The notes: generated from the sequence alone by a model not told the origin. A DNA stretch of 32,000 bases from a cyanobacterium endosymbiont of Braarudosphaera bigelowii (GCF_020885515.1 NZ_AP024987.1:930001-962000); one strand, 5' to 3'. Shown: positions 1-9,061, counted from the stretch's first letter. Translations and numbers: made by a program.

Positions 1-410
1 TAAAACAAATATACAAGCAACCCACTCGTTTAGGATGGAAAGTATTTAATAATAAGAAGTTAAGCATAGGAGAACTGTAAAGTATATAAGTTCTTATTAT
101 CCTCAGAAAAATTTTATATACTATAGGTAGTACATAATCTATAGCAATATGATTACTCAATAAACATACTAGATTTTTAAATAATATTTCTCTATATTAG
201 ATTTAGAAGTTTTCTAAAAATTAATATTTAAATACAATATTGAGTTAACGAGATTTTTTTCTGGAGTAATTAATCTTTACTCATAATTGACAAAGCGGTT
301 AAGCTATAGATTTAATTTGGTGTATTGATACTATCAAGTTTCTTTAAGTTTGAAATTATATATTTATAATAATTTTTAATATCTACTATTACATAATTTC
401 AATAGTAACT

Positions 411-1334
411 TTAATCGCAGCAACTTAATTCCCATAGCGATTCTGCTTTTGATTGAGTATATTCTTTTTTTATTTTTTGATAGTTCTTTTCTATTTCATT
501 CAGTTTCTCAACTTGTTGATTTATTTTTTTTCTCTGAAAACTTAATTGAGAATCATTAAACTCAATATCAGATAATTTGAGATAAAGTGTAGATATTTTT
601 ATATTAGAAGGTTCTCTACTATCTTTCCCATCTAAATCTAATGTTTTATTATTTACATTTTCTTCTACTTGTAAGTTAAGGATATTAGGATAACTTTCTG
701 GTAAAAATCTCTTTTCTTCTACTTGCGATGTTACTTCAAGTAAATGAGATGGTAAATGATTAGAGATGATTTTATTTTTTTTCAATTTATTGTTAACTTC
801 TTGAGAGAGGCTATTCAAAGTTATTTGAATTCCTTGTTCAATATCTCCACACCACTTAACTAAATCTTCAGGATTTATAGTTTCAGGTACATCGTACTTA
901 TCTAATTTGTTTGCAAAAAATAGCTTTTTTTTCTCATTTTTGAGGTGCTTCATATTATTTTTTTTGTACGGGAATAGATTTTTTGATATATATCTAATAA
1001 CCATTTTTGAAGTTATAGGTTGTGGAAAAGTCACATATGATAACAATTCGGATTCAGATTTATTACACAGTTCTCTAATTTTCTCTTGCATCTCTCTTCT
1101 TTGATCATTAGATAATCTTAAAAATGATTCAGGGTAGATATGGGTGCAAATTTGATAAACTGCTAATATTAATTGTTTATTTAATGCAGAACCTAACAAC
1201 TTTAAGTAATCTCTATAAATGTTATTCAATTCAGTAAAAAGCTTTATTGACTTTTTTTCTAATTCTTTTTTTTCCTTATTAATTTTTTGGAAAGATCTCA
1301 TAATATACTGAACATTGCAAATAAATTTAAACAT
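411..1334 (-). CDS. Hypothetical Lys/Glu/Asn-rich, probably coiled-coil protein (307 aa), function unknown
   Basis: A 307-codon ORF without stops in very AT-rich DNA is unlikely by chance. It has heptad-like stretches (e.g. QRKKINQQVEKLNEIEKNYQKIKKEY), no TM segment and no motif I recognise. It is co-oriented with tsf. The first ATG (1332-1334) directly abuts the U-tract of the tsf terminator hairpin, so the true start may be Met12 (ATG 1299-1301). Confidence 0.55.
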   Translation of the reverse strand: MFKFICNVQYIMRSFQKINKEKKELEKKSIKLFTELNNIYRDYLKLLGSALNKQLILAVYQICTHIYPESFLRLSNDQRREMQEKIRELCNKSESELLSYVTFPQPITSKMVIRYISKNLFPYKKNNMKHLKNEKKKLFFANKLDKYDVPETINPEDLVKWCGDIEQGIQITLNSLSQEVNNKLKKNKIISNHLPSHLLEVTSQVEEKRFLPESYPNILNLQVEENVNNKTLDLDGKDSREPSNIKISTLYLKLSDIEFNDSQLSFQRKKINQQVEKLNEIEKNYQKIKKEYTQSKAESLWELSCCD

Positions 1335-1339
1335 AAAAA

Positions 1340-1374
1340 AGACAAAAGTTAGAAATATTTTCCTACTTTTGTCT
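1340..1374 (-). terminator. Intrinsic terminator downstream of tsf
   Basis: On the minus strand, AGACAAAAGU (1374-1365) pairs with ACUUUUGUCU (1349-1340), a 10-bp perfect stem with a 15-nt loop. It is followed immediately by UUUUU (1339-1335). The hairpin lies about 100 nt after the tsf stop. Confidence 0.6.
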
Positions 1375-1472
1375 CATTATTAGACAATCATCTTTTAAAG
1401 AATCTACTTTCTTTTTACTTTTCTTTGTAAATATCAAGTTTTTGCTTAAATAAAAGTTATTCTTAGGATAAC

Positions 1473-2138
1473 TTACCCTATACTTTGCCCTGTTTGCGCA
1501 GCAACTTCAGCAGCAAAGTTAGTTTCACGTTTTTCAATTCCTTCTCCTAAAATAAAACGAGTAAAACGACGAACTTGAATGTTTTCTCCAAGCTGTGAAA
1601 TATTGCGTTTCAATAATTCTTCAACTGTAATATTAGAATCTTTAATAAAAGGTTGATCTAGTAAAGAAAGCTCTTTTTTACGCTTCTCGATACGCCCTTG
1701 GACTATCTTCTCTTTGATATTTTCAGGTTTATTTCCTAAATCATCTCTTCCCATCTCAATTTCTTTTTCTTTATCGACAATTGTTTTAGGAATATTATCC
1801 TGATTAACATACTCAACATTAGGGCAAGCAGCTATTTGCATAGCAATATTTTGAGCTAATTCTTTAAACTCGTCTCTACGTGCGACAAAATCTGTTTCGC
1901 AATTAACCTCTACAAGAACTCCTATACGACCTCCTGTGTGTATATAACTATGAACTAAACCTTCTGCTGTTTGTCTACCTGATTTCTTCTCAGCAGAAGT
2001 GATTCCTTTTTGTCGTAGCCATTCTGTTGCTTTCTCTACTTCACCTTGATTTTCCTGAAGTGCTTTTTTGCAATCCATCATGCCTGCACCAGTTTTTTCG
2101 CGGAGTGTTTTAACCAGTTTTGCTGAAATTTCAACCAT
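1473..2138 (-). CDS. tsf: Translation elongation factor Ts (short cyanobacterial form, 221 aa)
   Basis: N-terminal UBA-like EF-Ts signature [27 protein letters not shown]...WLRQKG. It lies immediately downstream of rpsB in the classical rpsB-tsf arrangement. Confidence 0.97.
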   Translation of the reverse strand: MVEISAKLVKTLREKTGAGMMDCKKALQENQGEVEKATEWLRQKGITSAEKKSGRQTAEGLVHSYIHTGGRIGVLVEVNCETDFVARRDEFKELAQNIAMQIAACPNVEYVNQDNIPKTIVDKEKEIEMGRDDLGNKPENIKEKIVQGRIEKRKKELSLLDQPFIKDSNITVEELLKRNISQLGENIQVRRFTRFILGEGIEKRETNFAAEVAAQTGQSIG

Positions 2139-2304
2139 TTTAGTTTTTGTTTTTACTGTAGATGATCATGACATAAGAGAGGATAACATTAAGAGTAGTT
2201 TAAATGAACTTTTTTTTATATAACTGAAAAGATTAATTAGCTGACTCACCTGAGTGAAAAAAGTGTCCTGGGACGTTGTCAGCTTAAACTTTAGTAAAAG
2301 CTTC

Positions 2305-2359
2305 TTTAACAACTCTTATTTTGTTAAGACTATGTCTTAACAAAATAAGAGTTGTTAAA
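2305..2359 (-). terminator. 26-bp perfect stem-loop overlapping the rpsB stop codon (candidate rpsB-tsf attenuator or 3' stabiliser)
   Basis: tttaacaactcttattttgttaagac (2305-2330), loop tat, gtcttaacaaaataagagttgttaaa (2334-2359): exact reverse complements. The right arm contains the rpsB stop codon (2355-2357). No clean U-tract follows on the minus strand. Confidence 0.45.
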
Positions 2360-3167
2360 TTTCTTTCTCTTCTACATTTTCACTTTCTATATTGGGTAAT
2401 AGAGGATCAACTTCTTCACTTTTCTCATCATTATTTTCTGTGAGACTTTCGCCAAGAGTCTCGTAGTCATCGTTTGCCTCTAAACGACTATGAGAGCCTT
2501 CATGTATAGCATCCGCCAATTTTCCTAAAATTAGTTTAATAGAACGAATTGCATCATCATTAGCTGGGATAGGAATATCTGCATAGTCAGGATCACAGTT
2601 AGTATCCAATAAAGAAATCATTGGAATACCTAGTTTTTGACATTCTTGGATAGCATTGTATTCACGTCGTTGATCTACAATAACAACAACATCAGGAGGT
2701 CGTCGCATTGTTTTAATACCTCCTAAATATTTTTGCAATTTACCTAATTCTCTTCTCAATACTGCGCCTTCTTTTTTTGGACGTCTTTCAATCTGACCAT
2801 CTTCTTCCATTGCTTCTAATTCTTTTAGACGCTCAACTCGGGTTTTAATAGTCTCCCAATTAGTAAGCATTCCACCTAACCAACGTTGATTAACATAGTT
2901 AGCTCCACAGCGAGAAGCCTCTTGAGCAATAATTCCTGCTGCTTGTCTTTTAGTCCCCACAAACAAAAATCTTTTTCCTTTATCAGACCCATTACGGACA
3001 TACCGATAAGCATCTTCCATTAACTGTGCAGTCTGCACTAAGTCAATAATATGAACTCCATTACGAGCTGTATAGATATACTGGGACATCTTGGGATTCC
3101 AGCGACGGGTTTGGTGTCCAAAATGAACTCCAGATTCTAGTAATTCAGAAAGAGATACTACTGGCAT
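2355..3167 (-). CDS. rpsB: 30S ribosomal protein S2 (270 aa)
   Basis: [27 protein letters not shown]... is the canonical S2 N-terminus. It has the acidic C-terminal tail typical of cyanobacterial S2. AGGAG (3182-3178) sits 10 nt upstream of the ATG. Confidence 0.97.
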   Translation of the reverse strand: MPVVSLSELLESGVHFGHQTRRWNPKMSQYIYTARNGVHIIDLVQTAQLMEDAYRYVRNGSDKGKRFLFVGTKRQAAGIIAQEASRCGANYVNQRWLGGMLTNWETIKTRVERLKELEAMEEDGQIERRPKKEGAVLRRELGKLQKYLGGIKTMRRPPDVVVIVDQRREYNAIQECQKLGIPMISLLDTNCDPDYADIPIPANDDAIRSIKLILGKLADAIHEGSHSRLEANDDYETLGESLTENNDEKSEEVDPLLPNIESENVEEKEI

Positions 3168-3183
3168 AATTTATTTTCTCCTA

Positions 3184-3243
3184 TTTCGGGTTAATCCTCC
3201 ATTCAAGTGGATTTCGTTTCGGAAACACCCGAAGTCTTGAATG
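3184..3243 (-). promoter_or_regulatory. Structured, GC-enriched 5' leader of rpsB (candidate autoregulatory RNA)
   Basis: The segment is clearly more G+C-rich than the flanking spacer. Helix 3200-3207/3236-3243 (cattcaag/cttgaatg, 8 bp) stacks on 3211-3216/3230-3235. An alternative 7-bp helix ttcgggt (3185-3191) / acccgaa (3227-3233) competes with the inner helix and ends 2 nt from the SD. Confidence 0.3.
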
Positions 3244-3468
3244 TGTGGTATTTTAACGACCTTTATAAACTAACATAATTTTGTCTAACTTTAAACTTAA
3301 TTATCAATAGGAGAATCTTTCCTTTTATATTAATTGACTCACTACTTAATATATTTTTTGTTGTCGCATAGACATAACAAAAAAAATTATAGCTTTGAAA
3401 AATATTATGTAAAAAATAAAAAGTATATTAATTTCTCTGGTTGAGAATAGAACTATCTCACACTTTGT

Positions 3469-4677
3469 TTAAGATTCAGCAAACCAATAAAGTAAATATA
3501 CTCCTATACCCAATCCAATAATATTTGGTAGCCAACCAGCAATAAATGGTGAAACTAGACCTATCAACCCCAAACTACCAATCAAGAAACCAAGAAGATA
3601 GTATACAAATACTACTACTACACTTAAGCCAAATCCTATAGCACGGTTTATATATTGAGGGCTTGTACCTAGAGCAGATCCAATCACTCCAAATACAACA
3701 CATATAAATGGAAAGGCTATCTTCTGTTGAATTCTAACCTGAAAAGTACGGAGTTTTTGCTCATCTTCCATAACTCTTAAAATTTTCATATATTTTTGTG
3801 CTTGAAAAATATTCATTTCATAAGGGTCACGTCCTTGTTGAGCAAACTCAAAAGCAGCCTTAGTGAGAGGTAATTGTCTATGTTTAAAAGAGTAAGTATC
3901 TTGATAGGAAGAATCTGGAGCTAATTGATAAATAGTACCATTGAAAAAATCCCAGGTTTCTTCTTGTCTATTCCATGTTGCTGAATCTGAAACGACAATA
4001 CGATTTAATTTCTTTTCAAGCCACTCTAATACTGTTAAGGTTTCAAGCTTGTGACCATCAAATTTTTCTGCAAAAAATAAATGCTTAAGTTGTTTTTCAG
4101 TACTTCCATCAGGAAGAACTACTTTTTCATAATCAGGATAAAAAATATCTTTATTTTGCCAATACGGTCGTTCTTCCTGAAGATGTTCAACTAATATACT
4201 AGTAACACGATAATTAGCTGCTGGAACTATCAATTCACTAAACATAAAAGTTATGCCTGTCATTATCAGACTTACGATAAAAGCGGGTATAACTAAGCGG
4301 TAAAGACTAGCTCCACAAACTCGTAAGGCAATTAATTCACTATCATTGCTTAGACGCCCATAAGTTAATAAAGTACTTAACATCATGGAGATCGGTAATG
4401 CATAGGCAGTAAATTCTGGAATTTTTAATAGTATTATTTCTAATGCTTGTATTAAAGGTAAATTAGACTCTACTACTTTATTCGCCAGATCAGATAAATA
4501 ACCAATAGCTACTCCAAGTACGGACACTAAACCAACTGAAAAAACTAGTGGTCCTACTAGTTGTGATAGGATGTAGCGGTCTATCAAATAAAAGGACCAA
4601 ACATTCTCAACTGGTAATATTTTTAGAAAGTGGCCTAAAAATTTAATAGCTTTCATAAATATTGTTTGTAGAGGCAT
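3469..4677 (-). CDS. LptF/LptG (YjgP/YjgQ) family lipopolysaccharide export permease
   Basis: N-terminal LIDRYILSQLVGPLVFSVGLVSVLG motif. Three N-terminal TM segments, a large soluble loop, then C-terminal TM segments: the typical LptF/G architecture. The start could instead be Met8. Confidence 0.85.
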   Translation of the reverse strand: MPLQTIFMKAIKFLGHFLKILPVENVWSFYLIDRYILSQLVGPLVFSVGLVSVLGVAIGYLSDLANKVVESNLPLIQALEIILLKIPEFTAYALPISMMLSTLLTYGRLSNDSELIALRVCGASLYRLVIPAFIVSLIMTGITFMFSELIVPAANYRVTSILVEHLQEERPYWQNKDIFYPDYEKVVLPDGSTEKQLKHLFFAEKFDGHKLETLTVLEWLEKKLNRIVVSDSATWNRQEETWDFFNGTIYQLAPDSSYQDTYSFKHRQLPLTKAAFEFAQQGRDPYEMNIFQAQKYMKILRVMEDEQKLRTFQVRIQQKIAFPFICVVFGVIGSALGTSPQYINRAIGFGLSVVVVFVYYLLGFLIGSLGLIGLVSPFIAGWLPNIIGLGIGVYLLYWFAES

Positions 4678-5006
4678 AATAAATATTATTCGAGAAAAAA
4701 GTTGAGAGATTCACAAAAGTTAATTTTCTCAAATTTGGTCATTAAATTTTTTCATATACATCATATATATTAGAGCTATAAATAATACTAACCCTCTTAA
4801 AATTTTAGGAAGCTTGATATACAAACTTATTTACAAGAAATATTTTATCGACTTTTGATAAAAATATGGTGAAACATAGATTTTTTATCGAATTATTTTT
4901 TTTTGAAATAGATTACAGATGTCATTTCAACATCATATTACTGTATTTTGTATATAACAAAAGTATTGCTCTAATTCTCAAAATAGTACTATTAGTTAAT
5001 AAGTTC

Positions 5007-5058
5007 AAAATTAAATAGTTATAAAAGTATAAAAATACTTTTATAACTATTTAATTTT
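5007..5058 (-). terminator. 24-bp perfect stem-loop downstream of topA (candidate terminator or 3' stabiliser)
   Basis: aaaattaaatagttataaaagtat (5007-5030), loop aaaa, atacttttataactatttaatttt (5035-5058): exact reverse complements. It lies about 170 nt after the topA stop. On the minus strand the 3' arm ends in UUUU. Confidence 0.45.
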
Positions 5059-5228
5059 AAATGTACTTTTTATACTTATAAAGTCAAGCTTATATAATTT
5101 TATGTTAGTTTAATAATATTTTATGAAGCAAATATCTAAATAAAATCAAGAAAAGCAAAGTTAAGTAAGTTCTATTTAAAGATTTTCGATATTTTAAATA
5201 GTAATATGTTATTAGGAATCTAATCTAA

Positions 5229-7844
5229 TTAATCCTTTTTTCTTTTCTTTGTAGCAGTTGTTTTCTTTTTTACGGTTTTCCTAGTATTTTTCTTCTTAAC
5301 AGGTGTTTTCTTTGATAACAATTTTAATGCTTTTTCTAAGGTAATACTATCAACTGTTTCCTTTTCTGATAAGCCCACATTTATTTTTTTATGGTTAATA
5401 TAAATACCATAAGGTCCTTCGTAAATATTAATAGGCTCGCTATCTTCAGGATGAAGCCCTAATTCTTTTAATGGTTTTTTTGCTTTTCGACCTCTCATAA
5501 GTTTCGGCTGAGATAGTAATTCCAGTGCTCTATCTAGAGAAATGGTTAATAGATCATCTTCTTTTTTAAGGGATCTATAATCTTTTCCTTTTTTTCCTTG
5601 ATCATGTACTACATAGGGCCCAAATCTTCCGATGTTAACTTTAATATTCGCTTGGGTATCTGGATGAGTTCCCAGTAGAAGAGGTAATGCTAGTAATCCT
5701 AGAGCTATTTCTAAGTTTACATCTTCAGGATTAATATTTTTAGGTAAAGAAGTTCTTTTAGGCTTTTTGTTTTCTTCTGTAATTTCTCCTAGCTGAACAT
5801 ATGGCCCATAACTACCAATTAATAAATAAATAGGTTCACCAGTCTCAGGATGTAATCCAATCTTCTCTGGGCCTTCAGTTTTTTGTTTTAATAATTTTAT
5901 GACTTGATCAATATTTAAATCGGATGGAGTCAAATTTGTTGGAATGGAAGCAGTTATGATCTTCCCGTCTTGTTCTACTTCTATATAAGGACCAAACTTC
6001 CCAATTTTAATTGTTGTATCCAAATTATTTAGATTAATAGCCTTGGCTAAATTTGGATTAATTTCGTCAGTACGTACTTTTACTTGAGTATCTAAACCCT
6101 TGTCACCAAAATAGAATTGTTCCAAATAAGGAACTCTTTGTACTTCTCCTGTAGCAATTTCATCAAGTGCCTGTTCCATTGTTGAAGTAAACGTTGTATC
6201 TACTAAATCAGGAAAGTAGGTCTCTAGTAAGCTTACAACAGCAAATGCTGTGAAAGTTGGTACTAATGCTTTACTGCGCATTTGAGAATAACCACGATCA
6301 CGTATAGTCCCAATGATACTAGCATATGTACTAGGACGACCAATACCTTCTTTCTCCAATACTTTCACTAAAGATGCCTCAGTGTAACGTGCAGGAGGCT
6401 GAGTTTTATGATCTAGTACATCTATCTTTTCGCATTTTAGCTGATCTCTTTCTTGAAGATATGGAAGTATAATTTCTTGGCTCTCTAGTACTGTTTCAGG
6501 ATTGTCTGATCCTTCAACATAGGCACGGAAAAATCCTGGGAAATCTATACGTTTTCCATAAGCTCGAAATTCTGCATTGTCTACTTCTATGACTACTGAA
6601 ATTTGTGTTAACTTTGCATCAGCCATTTGACATGCTACAGTCCTTTTCCAGATAAGATCATAAAGAGAAAATGCTTGATCAGACAATTCTGTTTCTTTAG
6701 GTGTAAGAAAATTATTGCCTGCTGGACGGATTGCTTCATGAGCTTCTTGTGCTCCTTTACTTGTAGTGGTATATTTGCGTGGGCGAGGACTTAAAAATTC
6801 TTCTCCATATTTTTGAGTTACACATGCTCTGGCTGCATTAATAGCTTCACTAGACAGATTCACAGAATCTGTACGCATATAAGTAATATAGCCTTCCTCA
6901 TAAAGCTTCTGAGCTGTTCGCATAGTATCCCGTGCCGAGATACCTAACTTTCGATTAGATTCTTGCTGCAAGGTTGAGGTTGTAAAAGGAGGAGAAGGTT
7001 TATTATTAACCTGTTTTTCTTCAACTTTAGCTATATTCCAAAGTTTAGTTTCATCTTCTAATTTTTCTTTCAGAATATTAGCTTCTTGTTCATTAAGAAG
7101 AATAACATTTCGATTATGAGATACTTTGCCAGTTTTAGAATCAAAGTCTGAACCTACGGCAACTTTTTTTCCAGAGATACTTATTAATTTAGCTTCAAAA
7201 AAAAATTTTTCTTTTTCTAATAAAACCTTTAAATTCCAATATTCACCAGATTCAAAACTAAGACGTTCTTGTTCTTTTTGCACTAGTAAACGCACTGCTA
7301 CTGATTGTACTCTACCAGCAGATAATCCCCAAGCAATCTTTTTCCAAAGCAAAGGAGAAAGTGTATAACCATATAAACGGTCCAGTATCCTCCTAGTTTC
7401 TTGAGCATGGACTAAGTTTTCGTTAATATCACGACAATTATTCAAAGATTTCTTAATTGCATCTCTGGTAATTTCATGAAAAACCATACGCTTAATAGGT
7501 ACTTTAGGTTTTAAAATTTGCAGTAAATGCCAACTAATACTTTCTCCTTCTCTATCTTCATCTGTAGCTAATATCAGCTCATCTACATTTTTTAAAGCTA
7601 TTTTCAACCCTTGGACTACTTTCTTTTTATCTTTTGGAATAACATAAATAGGATCGAAATTATTTTCTATATTAACACCTAAATTTGCCCAGTTTTTACC
7701 TTTATAAGAAGCAGGAATTTCACTTGCTGAGGCTGGAAGATCTCGTACATGTCCCATAGAAGCTTCTACCTGATATTCATTAGGTAAAAAATTTCTTATA
7801 GTGCGAGCTTTAGTAGGTGATTCAACAATAACAAGAGTTGACAT
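5229..7844 (-). CDS. topA: DNA topoisomerase I (type IA), 871 aa
   Basis: Toprim N-terminus MSTLVIVESPTKARTI; active-site tyrosine context GYITYMRTDS; repeated C-terminal FGPY(I/V) modules; Lys-rich tail. Confidence 0.97.
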   Translation of the reverse strand: MSTLVIVESPTKARTIRNFLPNEYQVEASMGHVRDLPASASEIPASYKGKNWANLGVNIENNFDPIYVIPKDKKKVVQGLKIALKNVDELILATDEDREGESISWHLLQILKPKVPIKRMVFHEITRDAIKKSLNNCRDINENLVHAQETRRILDRLYGYTLSPLLWKKIAWGLSAGRVQSVAVRLLVQKEQERLSFESGEYWNLKVLLEKEKFFFEAKLISISGKKVAVGSDFDSKTGKVSHNRNVILLNEQEANILKEKLEDETKLWNIAKVEEKQVNNKPSPPFTTSTLQQESNRKLGISARDTMRTAQKLYEEGYITYMRTDSVNLSSEAINAARACVTQKYGEEFLSPRPRKYTTTSKGAQEAHEAIRPAGNNFLTPKETELSDQAFSLYDLIWKRTVACQMADAKLTQISVVIEVDNAEFRAYGKRIDFPGFFRAYVEGSDNPETVLESQEIILPYLQERDQLKCEKIDVLDHKTQPPARYTEASLVKVLEKEGIGRPSTYASIIGTIRDRGYSQMRSKALVPTFTAFAVVSLLETYFPDLVDTTFTSTMEQALDEIATGEVQRVPYLEQFYFGDKGLDTQVKVRTDEINPNLAKAINLNNLDTTIKIGKFGPYIEVEQDGKIITASIPTNLTPSDLNIDQVIKLLKQKTEGPEKIGLHPETGEPIYLLIGSYGPYVQLGEITEENKKPKRTSLPKNINPEDVNLEIALGLLALPLLLGTHPDTQANIKVNIGRFGPYVVHDQGKKGKDYRSLKKEDDLLTISLDRALELLSQPKLMRGRKAKKPLKELGLHPEDSEPINIYEGPYGIYINHKKINVGLSEKETVDSITLEKALKLLSKKTPVKKKNTRKTVKKKTTATKKRKKD

Positions 7845-7907
7845 AATCGTTGTTAGTAATCAAACAAATTTAGTAAATAAATAGGATTTCTTAAAATTGA
7901 GTTTAAT

Positions 7908-7948
7908 GCTCATTTGTTAGTTGGAATAATTCTAACTAACAAATGAGC
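7908..7948 (-). other. Stem-loop 64 nt upstream of the topA start (5'-UTR element or second ribF terminator)
   Basis: gctcatttgttagtt (7908-7922) and aactaacaaatgagc (7934-7948) are exact reverse complements (15 bp), with further partial pairing inside the 11-nt spacer. Confidence 0.35.
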
Positions 7949-8022
7949 ACCACTAAAGTTTATACATAAACATGATTTTTAATTATAAAAAGAAAATTAC
8001 TCTGAAAATTCTTTTGTTAACT

Positions 8023-8061
8023 ACTAAGTACCTAATAAAATTTATTTACTAGGTACTTAGT
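8023..8061 (-). terminator. Stem-loop 56 nt downstream of ribF (candidate terminator)
   Basis: actaagtaccta (8023-8034) and taggtacttagt (8050-8061) are exact reverse complements (12 bp, 15-nt loop). No clear U-tract follows. Confidence 0.4.
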
Positions 8062-8116
8062 TAGCCTAATGGAAATTCTATTAAACCACTATAGATGTAG
8101 TCAAGTTATGACTTTT

Positions 8117-9061
8117 TTATATTAATATTGACCTTGCTTTTCTACAATCTTGTTCAATTTGATCTTTTAGAGTTTTTAAAGATGAAAACTTTTGCTCAGA
8201 ACGTAAAAACTTTTCTAAATAAACAGTTAGTGTTTTACCATACAAATTACCAGACCAATCTAATAAGTGTACTTCTACTGTCGAACCACTATTAATCGTT
8301 GGACGTTTTCCTATGTTAATTACTCCTTTACTGATATTTTTATTTTCAAGTTCTACATAAACACAATAAACTCCATCACAAGGTAATAGTTTATCCTCAG
8401 GTAGTTTTAGGTTAGCAGTAGGAAATCCAATTGTTCTTCCTATTTTTTGTCCAGAGACAACAAGACCTCTTAAAAAATAGGAGTATCCTAACATTTGCTT
8501 AACTTCTGTCATATTTCCATCTGTTAAATATTTACGAATTCTAGAGCTACTAATTCGTAAAGGAGTCTTTCTATTAGAATTCAAAAAAGTTTGTAATTTT
8601 GTAGTGTGGACAGAAATCCCAAATCTTTCTGTAAAATCTCTTAAAAGCTCGACTGTTCCTGTCCTTTTGTATCCAAAGTAAAAATTTTCTCCAACTGAAA
8701 TATATTTTACGTTTAACTTATTAATTAAAATGTCTACGACAAACTCTAAAGGACTAAGAGATGCTAAATCTTGATTAAATGGCAATCGGATTAATTGTTT
8801 AATTTTAAGAGAGCTTAGTATTTGAATTTTTTCGTTTGTAGGCGTTAACAGCTGACGAGATTCTCCACTAAAAAACTCTTGGGGATGGGGTTCAAAAGTA
8901 ACTACAGTAGGAGTATATTCCTTAGTTAGTTTTAAAATTGGTTTAAGGACCTGTCGATGCCCAAGATGAATTCCATCAAAGTTTCCTAAAGCGACTGCTG
9001 TGGGTGTCCTAGCATTATTAATTGAAGATGGTATCCATACACCGAATTTCCTGTGTATCAT
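8117..9061 (-). CDS. ribF: Bifunctional riboflavin kinase / FMN adenylyltransferase
   Basis: N-terminal nucleotidyltransferase motif ALGNFDGIHLGHRQV. C-terminal riboflavin kinase region GRTIGFPTANL ... VEVHLLDW. The 314-aa length is typical. Confidence 0.93.
   Translation of the reverse strand: MIHRKFGVWIPSSINNARTPTAVALGNFDGIHLGHRQVLKPILKLTKEYTPTVVTFEPHPQEFFSGESRQLLTPTNEKIQILSSLKIKQLIRLPFNQDLASLSPLEFVVDILINKLNVKYISVGENFYFGYKRTGTVELLRDFTERFGISVHTTKLQTFLNSNRKTPLRISSSRIRKYLTDGNMTEVKQMLGYSYFLRGLVVSGQKIGRTIGFPTANLKLPEDKLLPCDGVYCVYVELENKNISKGVINIGKRPTINSGSTVEVHLLDWSGNLYGKTLTVYLEKFLRSEQKFSSLKTLKDQIEQDCRKARSILI

Noticed and set aside
1-66. Minus-strand frame opening at ATG (64-66) and running off the left window edge (MLNFLLLNTFHPKRVGCLYICF...), or a plus-strand gene ending at TAA 1-3
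   Set aside because: Only 22 codons are visible, with no RBS and no recognisable sequence. It cannot be distinguished from chance.
907-1104. 65-aa plus-strand ORF inside the 307-aa ORF
   Set aside because: It is Phe/Leu/Ile-rich, as expected from translating the complement of a Lys-rich gene. The opposite-strand ORF is far longer.
3354-3386. T-run/A-run hairpin between the Lpt permease gene and rpsB
   Set aside because: The pairing is essentially oligo-T with oligo-A and has an internal mismatch on the transcribed strand. It has a 3' A-run rather than a U-run. This is low-complexity pairing, not a convincing terminator.
4866-5018. 50-codon plus-strand ORF ending in the 5007-5058 hairpin
   Set aside because: The Phe/Ile/Lys/Leu-rich product is typical of random AT-rich translation, and no RBS is visible.
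7126-7368. 80-aa plus-strand ORF inside topA
   Set aside because: It is antisense to topA and has no recognisable features.
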